A DNA stretch of 64,000 nucleotides from a virus: positions 46,656 to 110,655 of the IMG/VR virus record IMGVR_UViG_3300043389_000001; one strand, written 5' to 3'. Positions 8,771 through 17,453 of this stretch are shown piece by piece. How positions within the stretch are numbered: the stretch's first letter is position 1; every line of letters begins with the position of its first letter. The translations under genes and the position numbers were made by a program. The notes below the pieces were generated by a model. The model was not told where the DNA came from, did not search any database, and worked only from the letters and a program-made list of their open reading frames with translations.

Positions 8771-9130
8771 TCAGCGACCGTTGACGCGATCGTGTCGGGA
8801 CGGCGGGGTCTGACCGAACCACGTGTGCAGGTAGTCGGGCAGCACCTCCTTGTTGGTCACCGGCTTGAACGCCGGGCCGTCGTGGCCGCGCACGCCGTGC
8901 TCACGCCCGACGATGAACGCCCACAGCAGGGCCGAACCGATGCGCCGGATCGCCCAGCGGGCATCCTTCTCATCCGGCAGGGTCAGGCAGGTGAACGCGA
9001 TGCGGTCGAGCATGACCTGCAGCGCGTCGTCGGTCATGATCAGGTCATCGCGCATGTCGGCGTCGAGCAGGTCGAGGATCTCGTTGACCTGCGCGACCAG
9101 GTTCTGGGGAATGCCGGCGTCGTCAGCCAT
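8771..9130 (-). CDS. Hypothetical protein
   Basis: Operon ORF overlapping upstream gene. Confidence 0.65.
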   Translation of the reverse strand: MADDAGIPQNLVAQVNEILDLLDADMRDDLIMTDDALQVMLDRIAFTCLTLPDEKDARWAIRRIGSALLWAFIVGREHGVRGHDGPAFKPVTNKEVLPDYLHTWFGQTPPSRHDRVNGR

Positions 9131-9584
9131 GCTCGCGGTCCTTCTTCTCGTCCTCGGTCATCTGGGTGTGCGCCTTGGCGGCGCCGTGCTTGAGCAGGAA
9201 CACGTACTCGCTGATGGTGCTGGCGATGGTGTCGGGCGTCTCGCCGAACTGAGGGCGCTCGTAGATCGTGGAGAAGATGTCATCGAACGACGTCTGCCCC
9301 TCCTCGCCGAAGTTGCCCAGCGACAGCGTCCACTCCTGCGCCCAGTACGGGCCGATCATCTTGCGGGACTCGGTCAGCACGAACAGCGAGGGCTGCTCGT
9401 ACGTGGCGTCGCGGTACTGGCCGTCGACCAGCCCGATCCGCACACCCCACGGTGAGCGGTCCCAGTGCACGACCGCCTCGATGTCGATACGGAGCAGCGC
9501 GGCCTTCAGATCGTGGGCGTAGCTCTTGTGCAGTTCGTCGATGGCATCGGCGTCGAGCTTGTCAAGGTCGTCCTGATAGCGCAT
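9123..9584 (-). CDS. Hypothetical protein
   Basis: GAGGAAGGA RBS; acidic phage-type ORF. Confidence 0.7.
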   Translation of the reverse strand: MRYQDDLDKLDADAIDELHKSYAHDLKAALLRIDIEAVVHWDRSPWGVRIGLVDGQYRDATYEQPSLFVLTESRKMIGPYWAQEWTLSLGNFGEEGQTSFDDIFSTIYERPQFGETPDTIASTISEYVFLLKHGAAKAHTQMTEDEKKDREHG

Positions 9585-9677
9585 GTCGTTCCTTCCTCTT
9601 CGTAGGGTTGAGCTGGAACACTCACGGGGTGCACCGCCTCGATTCGAGCGAGGCGGTGCACCCGAGCGTGGGCCAGT

Positions 9678-10049
9678 TCAGCCGCGCAGCGCGGTGAGGT
9701 GCTCGTGGATCTGCTGGGTGGTGGCATCCAGCGGCAGGCGCACCGGCTCCCACGTCCAGCCCGATGCGACCTGATACAGGCCGGCCGCGTTGGGTGTGAT
9801 GGGGTAATCGGTCACGTCGTACTGCTCTTCGCTCATCAGCAGCACCTCACCGGCCCAGCGGAAGTGAGTCTGAAAACCCTTCTGCAAGAATTGATTGTCG
9901 TGCTCGACCCACGCGATGATCTGCTCGGTGGTGGCACGGTCGAAGTAGGCCGAAGCCCAGCCGTTGAAAGAGTTCTCCGGGTCGTAGAACCCCTTGAACG
10001 CCACGACTGCGTTGTCCGTGGCCAGTAGTCCGGGCACAAGGTCGCCCAT
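9678..10049 (-). CDS. Hypothetical protein (FNGWxxxxF motif)
   Basis: Operon ORF, GC3 bias. Confidence 0.65.
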   Translation of the reverse strand: MGDLVPGLLATDNAVVAFKGFYDPENSFNGWASAYFDRATTEQIIAWVEHDNQFLQKGFQTHFRWAGEVLLMSEEQYDVTDYPITPNAAGLYQVASGWTWEPVRLPLDATTQQIHEHLTALRG

Positions 10050-10052
10050 GGT

Positions 10053-10304
10053 TCAGCCCTCCGCGATGAACTCGTAGTTGTCGGCGTACCTGTCGAACAG
10101 GCTGGTGATCAGCTCAGCGGCCTTCGGGGTGGCCGTGGCCGCGAGCATTTCGCGGTTCTCCAGCCAGTCCGAGCGGGTAGCGCCGTAGCCGGGATCGACG
10201 GTGTAGCTGAGCACCTGGACCGGCTCGCCGTTGACGAACACGGTGACGTCGGTGCCGGCGTCAGGGTCACGATCGACCACGACCTCGATGGTGGGGGTGT
10301 TCAT
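10053..10304 (-). CDS. Hypothetical protein (VDRDPD...VTVFVNG)
   Basis: ATGA overlap with upstream gene; start re-assigned to ATG 10304. Confidence 0.65.
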   Translation of the reverse strand: MNTPTIEVVVDRDPDAGTDVTVFVNGEPVQVLSYTVDPGYGATRSDWLENREMLAATATPKAAELITSLFDRYADNYEFIAEG

Positions 10305-11035
10305 GACAGGTCTCTCTGTCGGATGTTGAGGCAGGTCCGCCCATCGGGCAGGGTCTCCAGCTCCAGCGAGGGGTGCATGCCGGAGCCGTCGTTGTCGTCC
10401 ATGACGTACACCGCCGTGGTCGGGTGCAGTTCGTACAGTTCCGCGAGCGCCTCGTAGAGGTCGCCGACCGTGGTCAGCACGCCCATCGGCTTGATGGTGT
10501 CGGTGCCCGTGGCAGGTTCGGCCGGCTTGTCGGCGATCTTGCGCGTCTCGAACTCGTTCATGTAGATCGAGGTGAGGTAGGCGCGGGGCACGTCGGCCAC
10601 GGTGCCCTTGACGATCTCCGCGAACTCCATCCACTCCCGGCGCAGACCCTCATCCCACTCGCTCACGTCCTCGGGCAGGCCCTGCACGATCATCCAGCCA
10701 CCGGAGCGGCCTTCCTGATAGATCGTCACCGGAACCGAGAACACCTCGGACGCCTGCTCTTTGGCGAACTCGTAGTGGTCTTGGCAGATGTCTTCCCAGA
10801 AACGGTTCTTCAGCCCGTCCGAGAGGTGGGCGTCGATCCAGTCCAGCGTGAATTCAGGATCGGTGAGGATCGACTCCATCGGCCCGCCCGCCTGATCGGC
10901 GACCTGACCCAGCTCGATCGGCAGCGCGACATCCTGCGGGCTGCCCTTCACCTTGATGTTGAACGCCGGGTGGGCGGTGCGGCCCATGTCCGAGTGCATC
11001 TGCACCTCGAATACCGGCTCGGCTTCCTCGGTCAT
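10301..11035 (-). CDS. Hypothetical protein (EGRSGGW motif)
   Basis: AGGAAGGG RBS before ATG 11035. Confidence 0.7.
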   Translation of the reverse strand: MTEEAEPVFEVQMHSDMGRTAHPAFNIKVKGSPQDVALPIELGQVADQAGGPMESILTDPEFTLDWIDAHLSDGLKNRFWEDICQDHYEFAKEQASEVFSVPVTIYQEGRSGGWMIVQGLPEDVSEWDEGLRREWMEFAEIVKGTVADVPRAYLTSIYMNEFETRKIADKPAEPATGTDTIKPMGVLTTVGDLYEALAELYELHPTTAVYVMDDNDGSGMHPSLELETLPDGRTCLNIRQRDLS

Positions 11036-11066
11036 GATTGACCCTTCCTGTAGGTGGGGCGAAAAG

Positions 11067-11103
11067 CTACTAACGGCCGGACAGGAAAGCCCTGCCCGGC
11101 CGT
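11067..11103 (-). promoter_or_regulatory. Type-A intergenic hairpin (partial cassette)
   Basis: 13-bp stem (one mismatch on plus strand), loop aaagc, flanked by ctacta. Confidence 0.55.
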
Positions 11104-11120
11104 GAAAGTCGATGCCTGTC

Positions 11121-11507
11121 TTACTTTTCCTGATGCCCGCCGCGCTTCTGGAACTCAACGCCGGTCACGAACGCCTCCATGTACAGCGCCATGACCTTCG
11201 TCCGCTGCTCCGTGGTGAGCCGGCTGGACTCCTTGCCCATCAGGCTCGCGAAGGCTTCCTCGATCTTCGCCGCGCCCTCCAGCCCGAACGCCGCCCTCGT
11301 GCGCATGAACGCAAGGTAGGAGATCGACTCGATGTCAGCGGCGTCGCCGTACAACTCCGCGAACGACTTCTGCCGTTCCTCGTCAGAGATGTCGGGGTTC
11401 TGCGTGCGGCCATCCAGCATCAGGCGCACGTCACTCATGCGCCAGAAGTCCGGATGATCCGGCCTGTCGGGGTTGCTGCCGAACACGTCGGACAATGCGT
11501 CACTCAT
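11121..11507 (-). CDS. Hypothetical protein (RPDHPDFW motif)
   Basis: Phage-type ORF; start re-assigned to ATG 11507. Confidence 0.7.
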   Translation of the reverse strand: MSDALSDVFGSNPDRPDHPDFWRMSDVRLMLDGRTQNPDISDEERQKSFAELYGDAADIESISYLAFMRTRAAFGLEGAAKIEEAFASLMGKESSRLTTEQRTKVMALYMEAFVTGVEFQKRGGHQEK

Positions 11508-11544
11508 GATCTGCCAATCTGTGTCCTGTCCGGGGGTCCGGAGT

Positions 11545-11829
11545 CTAGTTGCCCATGTCCGGCGCGGACTGTTTCGCACCGGCCACGAACGCGGCCACCA
11601 TCTGGTCGTCGTCGCCGTCGATGCCCGTGGTAGCGAGCTTGGTGCCCACGCTGAGCCAGAAGAACTGCATCCGCTCCATGTATCCGACGGCGGCCGGGAT
11701 GTCCGCCATACTGTCGGCCACGTCGGTACCGGCGGCCACGCCCTGATGGAAGGCCCGGGTGGGACCCTCGATCTTGATGGTGATGGGCTCGCTCATCAGT
11801 GTTTCCTCCTCGGGGATGACAGTGGGCAA
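11545..11829 (-). CDS. Hypothetical protein
   Basis: Operon ORF; true start may be downstream. Confidence 0.55.
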   Translation of the reverse strand: MPTVIPEEETLMSEPITIKIEGPTRAFHQGVAAGTDVADSMADIPAAVGYMERMQFFWLSVGTKLATTGIDGDDDQMVAAFVAGAKQSAPDMGN

Positions 11830-11912
11830 AAGCTACTCATGGTTGAGCTGGAATGCTCACAGGTGACACCGCCTCGTTTGGGGCGAGGCGGTGCCACCGA
11901 GCGCATGCCAGA

Positions 11913-12143
11913 TCAGTCGACCTGACCGCCCTTGGTCCACGCGCGGGCGGTGTGGGACTGGAACCGGTCGCCGTTGCGGCCGGCAACCTTGCGGGTGCGC
12001 TCGCTGGCCGCCGAGGACAGCAGGATGTCGTCGCCCAGGGCGTCGGCCACGGCCGGGTCCAGGTCCGGCAGGGCCAGCGGTTCGACGACGGGACCGGCCT
12101 CGGTGAGGGCGATGCGGCGGGGGGACAGGGTAGTGACAGACAT
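11913..12143 (-). CDS. Hypothetical protein
   Basis: GAGGAAGG RBS. Confidence 0.55.
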   Translation of the reverse strand: MSVTTLSPRRIALTEAGPVVEPLALPDLDPAVADALGDDILLSSAASERTRKVAGRNGDRFQSHTARAWTKGGQVD

Positions 12144-12157
12144 GGTGGTGCCTTCCT

Positions 12158-13306
12158 CTATGCGGTGAGTGGAACGGTGTTCTTGACGATGAGGTACCAG
12201 CCCTTACCGTCAAGCTTGACCCGGGCGTGATCGGGTGCCCGGAAGTCGGGGGCGTGCGTGAGGCAGCCACGCGCGAGCAGCCTGCCGTCGGGCAGGGTCG
12301 CGGTCTCGGTGGCCACGTGGTTGGTGCCCAGCAGGGTCCCTCGCTTGGAGTAGACCGCGCCCATCTTGGTCAGCGCCCGCCGGTTGATGTTCTCCGACAT
12401 GGCGACGGCGAAGATGTCACCCTGCCTAGCCACGGGCCGGCCGATCTGTTCGGCGATGCGCACCGTGTCGGGCTTGAGCGCCTCGTAGGCGTCCTCGACG
12501 GTGCGGGCGGTGGTGCGGGGCATCTCGCAGAAGAAGTACGAGGCGCGCTTCTCGTTGCGGTCGAACCCGGACAGGAACTTGCGGCGACGCCGTGTCGTGC
12601 CGGTGAGCTGCCCGGTGCCGTGGCATTCGGTGCAGCGGGTGCCGCTGAACAGCCACTCGCGGTACAGCTCGTTGTACAGGTTCCGCTGGTACATGATGCC
12701 GTAGTCGGTGAGGACCACCGCCAGATCATGATCATTGCGAACCGGCTGGGGTCCCGCGTGGCCGACCCAGCCCACGCGCTCGCACGCCTTGCACGCGCGA
12801 GACCACCGGTTGGGAATGTCGGCCTCGATCAGGGACTCGCCCAGCCAGTGCCGGAACGTCGTCCACTCGTAGGTCTTGCCGTCGCCGTGTTCGTACACCG
12901 TGACGTGGCCGTAGTAGTTCTTGGGCGGTTCGGGTTCGCGGTGCAGGATCGGCGTGTGCCGTTCGGGCAGCGCATCCAGAATCCGGATGCTGGCCACGTC
13001 GATCCCGGCCGCCTCGATCACCGACTGCGGGATGACCGCGTACGGCAGACCCGAACCGTCCGCGATCGAGCGCATCGAACGCTGATGACCGTTGGTGGTC
13101 ATCGAGACGGTGTCACCGTTGAGCAGCAGCGCGTGCACCGTGCCCTTCTTGTCCCGCAGGGCGCGAGCAAGGGGGAAGTGCCGACCGTACGAGTAGACGG
13201 TGTCACCCTCGTAATAAACGTTGTGCGACTTGATCTCTCGCACCGGCTTGTCAGTCATGACGCTGGTCATCCAGCGTTCCATGACCTTCTCAGAGCTGTG
13301 TCCCAT
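12158..13306 (-). CDS. Conserved phage hypothetical protein (YSYGxHF ... RQGD ... DH motifs)
   Basis: Perfect GGAGGTGAT RBS before ATG 13306; two CxxC motifs. Confidence 0.8.
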   Translation of the reverse strand: MGHSSEKVMERWMTSVMTDKPVREIKSHNVYYEGDTVYSYGRHFPLARALRDKKGTVHALLLNGDTVSMTTNGHQRSMRSIADGSGLPYAVIPQSVIEAAGIDVASIRILDALPERHTPILHREPEPPKNYYGHVTVYEHGDGKTYEWTTFRHWLGESLIEADIPNRWSRACKACERVGWVGHAGPQPVRNDHDLAVVLTDYGIMYQRNLYNELYREWLFSGTRCTECHGTGQLTGTTRRRRKFLSGFDRNEKRASYFFCEMPRTTARTVEDAYEALKPDTVRIAEQIGRPVARQGDIFAVAMSENINRRALTKMGAVYSKRGTLLGTNHVATETATLPDGRLLARGCLTHAPDFRAPDHARVKLDGKGWYLIVKNTVPLTA

Positions 13307-13378
13307 GTGGATCACCTCCTGACAAAACGAAAGAGACCCGCGCCGTGATGGCGGGGTCCCTCGTGGTGGGTTGGACAT

Positions 13379-13439
13379 GCGCAGGAAAACCGCTGCGCGC
13401 GGTTACTACCGGCCGGTCAGCAAAGCGCTGGCCGGCCGG
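13379..13439 (-). promoter_or_regulatory. Type-A cassette (hairpin + TAGTAACCG-N7-CGGTTT palindrome)
   Basis: Shared with 15491, 15884, 16372 copies. Confidence 0.7.
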
Positions 13440-13445
13440 GGTAGG

Positions 13446-13820
13446 TCACTCTTCGGTGTACCTGTCGAACCACGGCCCATGCAGCTCGGTGCGAGCCACA
13501 CCCTCGGGGCTGGTAGCGGTACGGGAGGAGGTTTCGGGGTCCTCGCAGTGCGCCTGTGCCTCCTCCAGCGTCAAGCCCGTCGCGATAACCTCACGCTCCA
13601 GGTCGTCGTCAAAATAACCGCGCACGATCTTGTACGTTGCCGGCTTCTCGTCCTCCTCCTCGTCAGCGTCCGGGACGTACTGCATCCGGTACGTGTTCGC
13701 CGGATCGGCCCGCATCGTGCGCGCCAACTCCTCACGCGCGGCGCCCTCGTCCTCGCCGTCGTCGTCGGAGGAGAAGAACTCCCACCCCTTCGACGTCTTC
13801 GTTTCGATCTGCCAGCCCAT
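13446..13820 (-). CDS. Conserved phage hypothetical protein (GLTLEEAQAHCxDPETSS...PWFD)
   Basis: GAAGGGAG RBS before ATG 13820. Confidence 0.7.
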   Translation of the reverse strand: MGWQIETKTSKGWEFFSSDDDGEDEGAAREELARTMRADPANTYRMQYVPDADEEEDEKPATYKIVRGYFDDDLEREVIATGLTLEEAQAHCEDPETSSRTATSPEGVARTELHGPWFDRYTEE

Positions 13821-13841
13821 GACGGGCTCCCTTCGTGGTGG

Positions 13842-13909
13842 TTGGTGAAAACAATCGGGACCCGGCTCACCGTTGAGCCGGGTCCCTGTTCTTCCCACCA
13901 AGGAAGTTT
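13842..13909 (-). promoter_or_regulatory. Type-B long-hairpin intergenic element, copy 1
   Basis: 13-bp GGGACCC-based stem with conserved flanks shared with 14565-14633. Confidence 0.65.
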
Positions 13910-14311
13910 CTAGCGTTCGGTGTGCCAGAGGTAGTCGTCCTCATGTTCACCGAAGAACGCGCGCACCCGGTCGGCCTGCTTGCCGACGCTCTTGTAGGTC
14001 TGCCGGGCCGGCTTGTCGTCGTCCATCCCGAACTCGCTCAACCAATCGTGGTAGCCGTCGGCGTTGCGGTAACCGGCCGTGTCCGACAGGGTCACCTCCA
14101 GCACATCAGCCACACTCGGGTCGCCGGTGAGGGCGGGTCCCATGGCAAACACCGGGACGTCCAGCGAACGACCGAAACCCTCGATCGTGCACTGCCACGC
14201 CCGCGAGCCTTCGACCGCCCACGCGGGCGTATTCGTCGGGCGGTACATCATCGTCAGACCGTCCGCCTCGATCCGCTCGGCGAGCGGGAGATCGGTGGGT
14301 GTTTCAGGCAC
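13910..14311 (-). CDS. Hypothetical protein
   Basis: GAGGAGGGACCCC-GTG start. Confidence 0.7.
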   Translation of the reverse strand: MPETPTDLPLAERIEADGLTMMYRPTNTPAWAVEGSRAWQCTIEGFGRSLDVPVFAMGPALTGDPSVADVLEVTLSDTAGYRNADGYHDWLSEFGMDDDKPARQTYKSVGKQADRVRAFFGEHEDDYLWHTER

Positions 14312-14549
14312 GGGGTCCCTCCTCGGGATTGGCGAGCGGGAACAGGTCCCACGCCAGCACGGTCAGGCGGGTCTCGCCGTCCGGGCCGATGAGGGTGACA
14401 CCCCGCGTCGGGTCGTCGTCCTTGGACTCGACCCGCCACACACCCGGGTAGGCCGGGCCGTCGTTGACGCCTTCGTTGAAGGCGATCTCGTACTCCTGAC
14501 CGGCCTGCACATCCTCGTGCGAGGGCGGCTGGAACATCTGGGCACTCAT
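14304..14549 (-). CDS. Hypothetical protein
   Basis: GGAGAGG RBS. Confidence 0.65.
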   Translation of the reverse strand: MSAQMFQPPSHEDVQAGQEYEIAFNEGVNDGPAYPGVWRVESKDDDPTRGVTLIGPDGETRLTVLAWDLFPLANPEEGPRA

Positions 14550-14564
14550 GCCTGTGTCCTCTCC

Positions 14565-14633
14565 TTGGTGACAACAATCGGGACCCCGGCGCGTCCATGC
14601 TCCGGGGTCCCTGTTCTTCCCACCACGGAAGTT
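14565..14633 (-). promoter_or_regulatory. Type-B long-hairpin intergenic element, copy 2
   Basis: Flanks near-identical to copy 1, different loop. Confidence 0.65.
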
Positions 14634-14936
14634 CTAGGGCAGCGGCACCGACTGGCAAAACTCACAGTCGGGGTCGCGTGCATATTCATCGAGCGGGTTG
14701 TGCGCGTGCCGGTGATGGAACGCGAGATCGACCGCGTGCAGATTCCCGGTCGACGGGCACGGCCCGGAGGCCAGCGTCGAACCGTCCACGTCGGTCTCGC
14801 GCTCGCACGCACCGCAGTGGTACACGGACGTGCGAGCCGGCCGAGCGTTGGCATTGACAGTGCTCACGACCGCCGCGACGAACGATGCGTTCGGGTCGCG
14901 GCTGGGGTCGTACGTCTCGAAAGGCTCGCTGCCCAT
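14634..14936 (-). CDS. Small Cys-rich hypothetical protein
   Basis: GGAGGGACCCCG-ATG start; CGAC and CEFC motifs. Confidence 0.65.
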   Translation of the reverse strand: MGSEPFETYDPSRDPNASFVAAVVSTVNANARPARTSVYHCGACERETDVDGSTLASGPCPSTGNLHAVDLAFHHRHAHNPLDEYARDPDCEFCQSVPLP

Positions 14937-14947
14937 CGGGGTCCCTC

Positions 14948-15454
14948 CTAATGATTGCGGGAGTCGTACACGCTGCCGGGGTGCAGCGTGAGCCCGGCGT
15001 CGTACCCGTCGTCGCCCGACAGGTTGTAGCTGGCCATGTAGTGCCACTCGCCACCGGACCACAGGACGATCGGCTCGCTGTCGCGCAGGTTCTCCGACTG
15101 CAACAGAATCTGCTTCAGTTCGCCCACGGTGAGCATGGGGACCCAGTCGCCGTTCAGCGTCTGGCGCTTATTGGCCATGCGCGTCTCGTCCGTAGGCACG
15201 TTGACCGCCTGCGGGCGCACGTACTCGATAGCGACCACCGGCGCGTACGGACGCGTCCAGTCGGTGGCACCGGCCCGCTTCAGGCTGCTGTCGCCCAGAT
15301 CGGCGTCGATGATCCGATCGAAGTCGGCGCGGGCTTCCTCACCGACACGCGCGGCAGTGAACCACGAACGGACGGTCATGCCGTCCGCCTGAGTCACCCG
15401 GGCGATCATGCGCTCGTCCAAGTCCGGCGCAACAGAAAGCTGTAGCTCGTTCAC
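14948..15454 (-). CDS. Hypothetical protein
   Basis: AAGGAGGGACCCC RBS motif. Confidence 0.7.
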   Translation of the reverse strand: MNELQLSVAPDLDERMIARVTQADGMTVRSWFTAARVGEEARADFDRIIDADLGDSSLKRAGATDWTRPYAPVVAIEYVRPQAVNVPTDETRMANKRQTLNGDWVPMLTVGELKQILLQSENLRDSEPIVLWSGGEWHYMASYNLSGDDGYDAGLTLHPGSVYDSRNH

Positions 15455-15490
15455 GAGTGGGGTCCCTCCTTCAATGGTGGGGAACGGGTG

Positions 15491-15547
15491 GCAGGAAACC
15501 GCTGCCTCGGTTACTACCCCGCGCCGGCAAAACGCCGGGCGCGGGGG
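15491..15547 (-). promoter_or_regulatory. Type-A cassette
   Basis: Hairpin loop aaaac + acta + AACCG-N6-CGGTT. Confidence 0.65.
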
Positions 15548-15562
15548 CGTGGGGGTCCCTGC

Positions 15563-15856
15563 TCAGGATTCAGACGGCTCAGCCTTCGGCGCCGCCGGCT
15601 CGAACGGTGCGTTCTTGGGCGCGTTGTCCACAACCATCAGCACCCGCCCGGAGTTGTGCATCGCGGTCAGCTCGTGCCGACGCGTGCGCCACCCCTCCGG
15701 CGACACAATCGCCAGCGTCCGGCCGTCGTTGGCCGAGGTGATGTGCACCGCCGTGCGCACGTCCAGAATCCGGCCGTTCACCGGGCACTGAATCTGCCGC
15801 TGCACAGCGAACTTGCGTACCTCGCGGCGCACACGGTCTTCCATGTCAACTGCCAT
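15563..15856 (-). CDS. Hypothetical protein (CPVNGRILDVRTAV)
   Basis: GGAGGGACCCACC-ATG start. Confidence 0.7.
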   Translation of the reverse strand: MAVDMEDRVRREVRKFAVQRQIQCPVNGRILDVRTAVHITSANDGRTLAIVSPEGWRTRRHELTAMHNSGRVLMVVDNAPKNAPFEPAAPKAEPSES

Positions 15857-15883
15857 GGTGGGTCCCTCCGAACAATCCGAACT

Positions 15884-15948
15884 GCGCAGGAAACCGCTGC
15901 GCGCGGTTACTAGGCCCGTGCGGCAATCACCGCACGGGCCGGGTCCCT
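15884..15948 (-). promoter_or_regulatory. Type-A cassette
   Basis: Perfect 11-bp stem + acta + AACCG-N7-CGGTT + gggtccct. Confidence 0.7.
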
Positions 15949-16346
15949 CAGTGCTCGTTGATCTCGTCCGGGTCGATCTCCAGCCCGGCCAGCGAGATCT
16001 CATCGCTGTTCAGCGACGCCCACAGCGCGGTGTCCTCGTGGAAGCTGCCCACGTTCTCGCCGTCCGGGTAGGACTCACCGGCCGCGCTCAGGAACGACAG
16101 GAGCGTGGCCATGATGCGCGGGTAATCGACGGGGTCCCCCACGCCGGAGCGAAGATCCTCACCCGACTCCAGCTCGTTGCCGTTGCCGTCCTCGATCAGC
16201 CACCGGTAATGCACCCGGCCCTCACCGTCGCGCCCGAGTGAGAGCACATGGAACGTGCCCAGACCCGCAACCTCGTACGCAGCCATCAGGCGACTGCTGA
16301 TCTTCAGCGGCGCGTCGAAGGACACACCATCCAACTCGAAAGACAC
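15948..16346 (-). CDS. Hypothetical protein
   Basis: GGGAGGGACCCT-GTG start. Confidence 0.7.
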   Translation of the reverse strand: MSFELDGVSFDAPLKISSRLMAAYEVAGLGTFHVLSLGRDGEGRVHYRWLIEDGNGNELESGEDLRSGVGDPVDYPRIMATLLSFLSAAGESYPDGENVGSFHEDTALWASLNSDEISLAGLEIDPDEINEH

Positions 16347-16371
16347 AGGGTCCCTCCCAGCAATTCGGACT

Positions 16372-16434
16372 GCGCGGGAAACCGCCGCGCACGGTTACTA
16401 ACCCCGGCATGCAAGCGCATGCCGGGGGGTCCCT
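16372..16434 (-). promoter_or_regulatory. Type-A cassette
   Basis: Perfect 11-bp stem loop aagc + acta + AACCG-N7-CGGTT + gggtccct. Confidence 0.7.
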
Positions 16435-16435
16435 G

Positions 16436-16720
16436 TCAGGAATCGGTGTGCCACACGAACCCGTTCTGGATTCGCTGCTGATAGGCGCGCACATACACGC
16501 GCTCGCGGGGCACCACGTCCTGACCGGTCTCGATCAGCACCTCACCGCGCTTGTACGCGCCGCGTGTGGCGGTCAGCTTCACCTCGATCCGGCCGGAGGT
16601 CACCGACAGGGTGCACGGCTCGATCACCCGCAGCACCTTGCACGGCACCAGCCCGGAGAACGTGTCCACGTAGGCAAGGATGCCCGCGCGGTACACCTTC
16701 GGTTCGAACGTTTCGGGCAC
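16436..16720 (-). CDS. Hypothetical protein
   Basis: AGGAGGGACCC-GTG start. Confidence 0.7.
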   Translation of the reverse strand: MPETFEPKVYRAGILAYVDTFSGLVPCKVLRVIEPCTLSVTSGRIEVKLTATRGAYKRGEVLIETGQDVVPRERVYVRAYQQRIQNGFVWHTDS

Positions 16721-16729
16721 GGGTCCCTC

Positions 16730-16999
16730 CTAGGAATCCTGATTCGTGCCGACACTGCGCGCGTACACGCGGTGCTGGTTACCGACGCGCCGGGCTACAG
16801 CTTCGTACCCGTCGCCGTACTCCCTGCCGTCGTTGATCCGCTCCACAATCGAAGCAGCCCGCGCGGCACGGTCGCACCACGCCACGATCGCCCATTTCCA
16901 TGAGCGACGTCGCAGCGAATCGGCGATGTCTTCCCGCGCGGCGACCGACGGATCGTCGTCGTCCGGCGGGGTGTCCCACGTCAACCTGATGACAGGCAT
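16730..16999 (-). CDS. Hypothetical protein
   Basis: AGGAGGGACCCC-ATG start. Confidence 0.7.
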   Translation of the reverse strand: MPVIRLTWDTPPDDDDPSVAAREDIADSLRRRSWKWAIVAWCDRAARAASIVERINDGREYGDGYEAVARRVGNQHRVYARSVGTNQDS

Positions 17000-17140
17000 G
17001 GGGTCCCTCCTAGGGATTCGAGCTTGCGCGGAATTCCGCCGCGCATCGGTTTCTAGGGGGTGGGGTCCCTCCCGGGAAACCCAGCTCCACGCACAGCGCC
17101 CCCCTGCCCACAGTGGGGAGGGGGGCGCCAGTGCCGGGGG

Positions 17141-17377
17141 CTACGTCGCGGGTACGAGCCCCGGGTACGCGCGGGCGACGTGGGAAACCCCAGCTTCGCC
17201 CTGCGTGATCGGGAACGAGAACTTGTTCTCCGTTCCTGCTTCGTAGAGCTGCGCCATACCGTGCGGCAACAGCTCGACGTCGAAGGTCTGACCCGCGACG
17301 CGCATGGACATGCAGACTTCCGAGTACGGAAGCTCCACGCCGTGCACACGCGCGCCGACCGAAGTCGAGTCGGACAC
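17141..17377 (-). CDS. Hypothetical protein
   Basis: AGGAGGG RBS before GTG. Confidence 0.55.
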   Translation of the reverse strand: MSDSTSVGARVHGVELPYSEVCMSMRVAGQTFDVELLPHGMAQLYEAGTENKFSFPITQGEAGVSHVARAYPGLVPAT

Positions 17378-17453
17378 GCTTACCCTCCTATGCGCGTGCG
17401 CCTGGCGCTGCCGGCGGACTACGCATCGCGGCCGGCCCCGGACGGGTCGGCGC

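Noticed and set aside
13379-16434. ECF-sigma promoter reading of GTAACC...CGGTT in type-A cassettes
   Set aside because: Spacing is only ~7-8 bp, far short of 16-18 bp; better explained as a palindrome.
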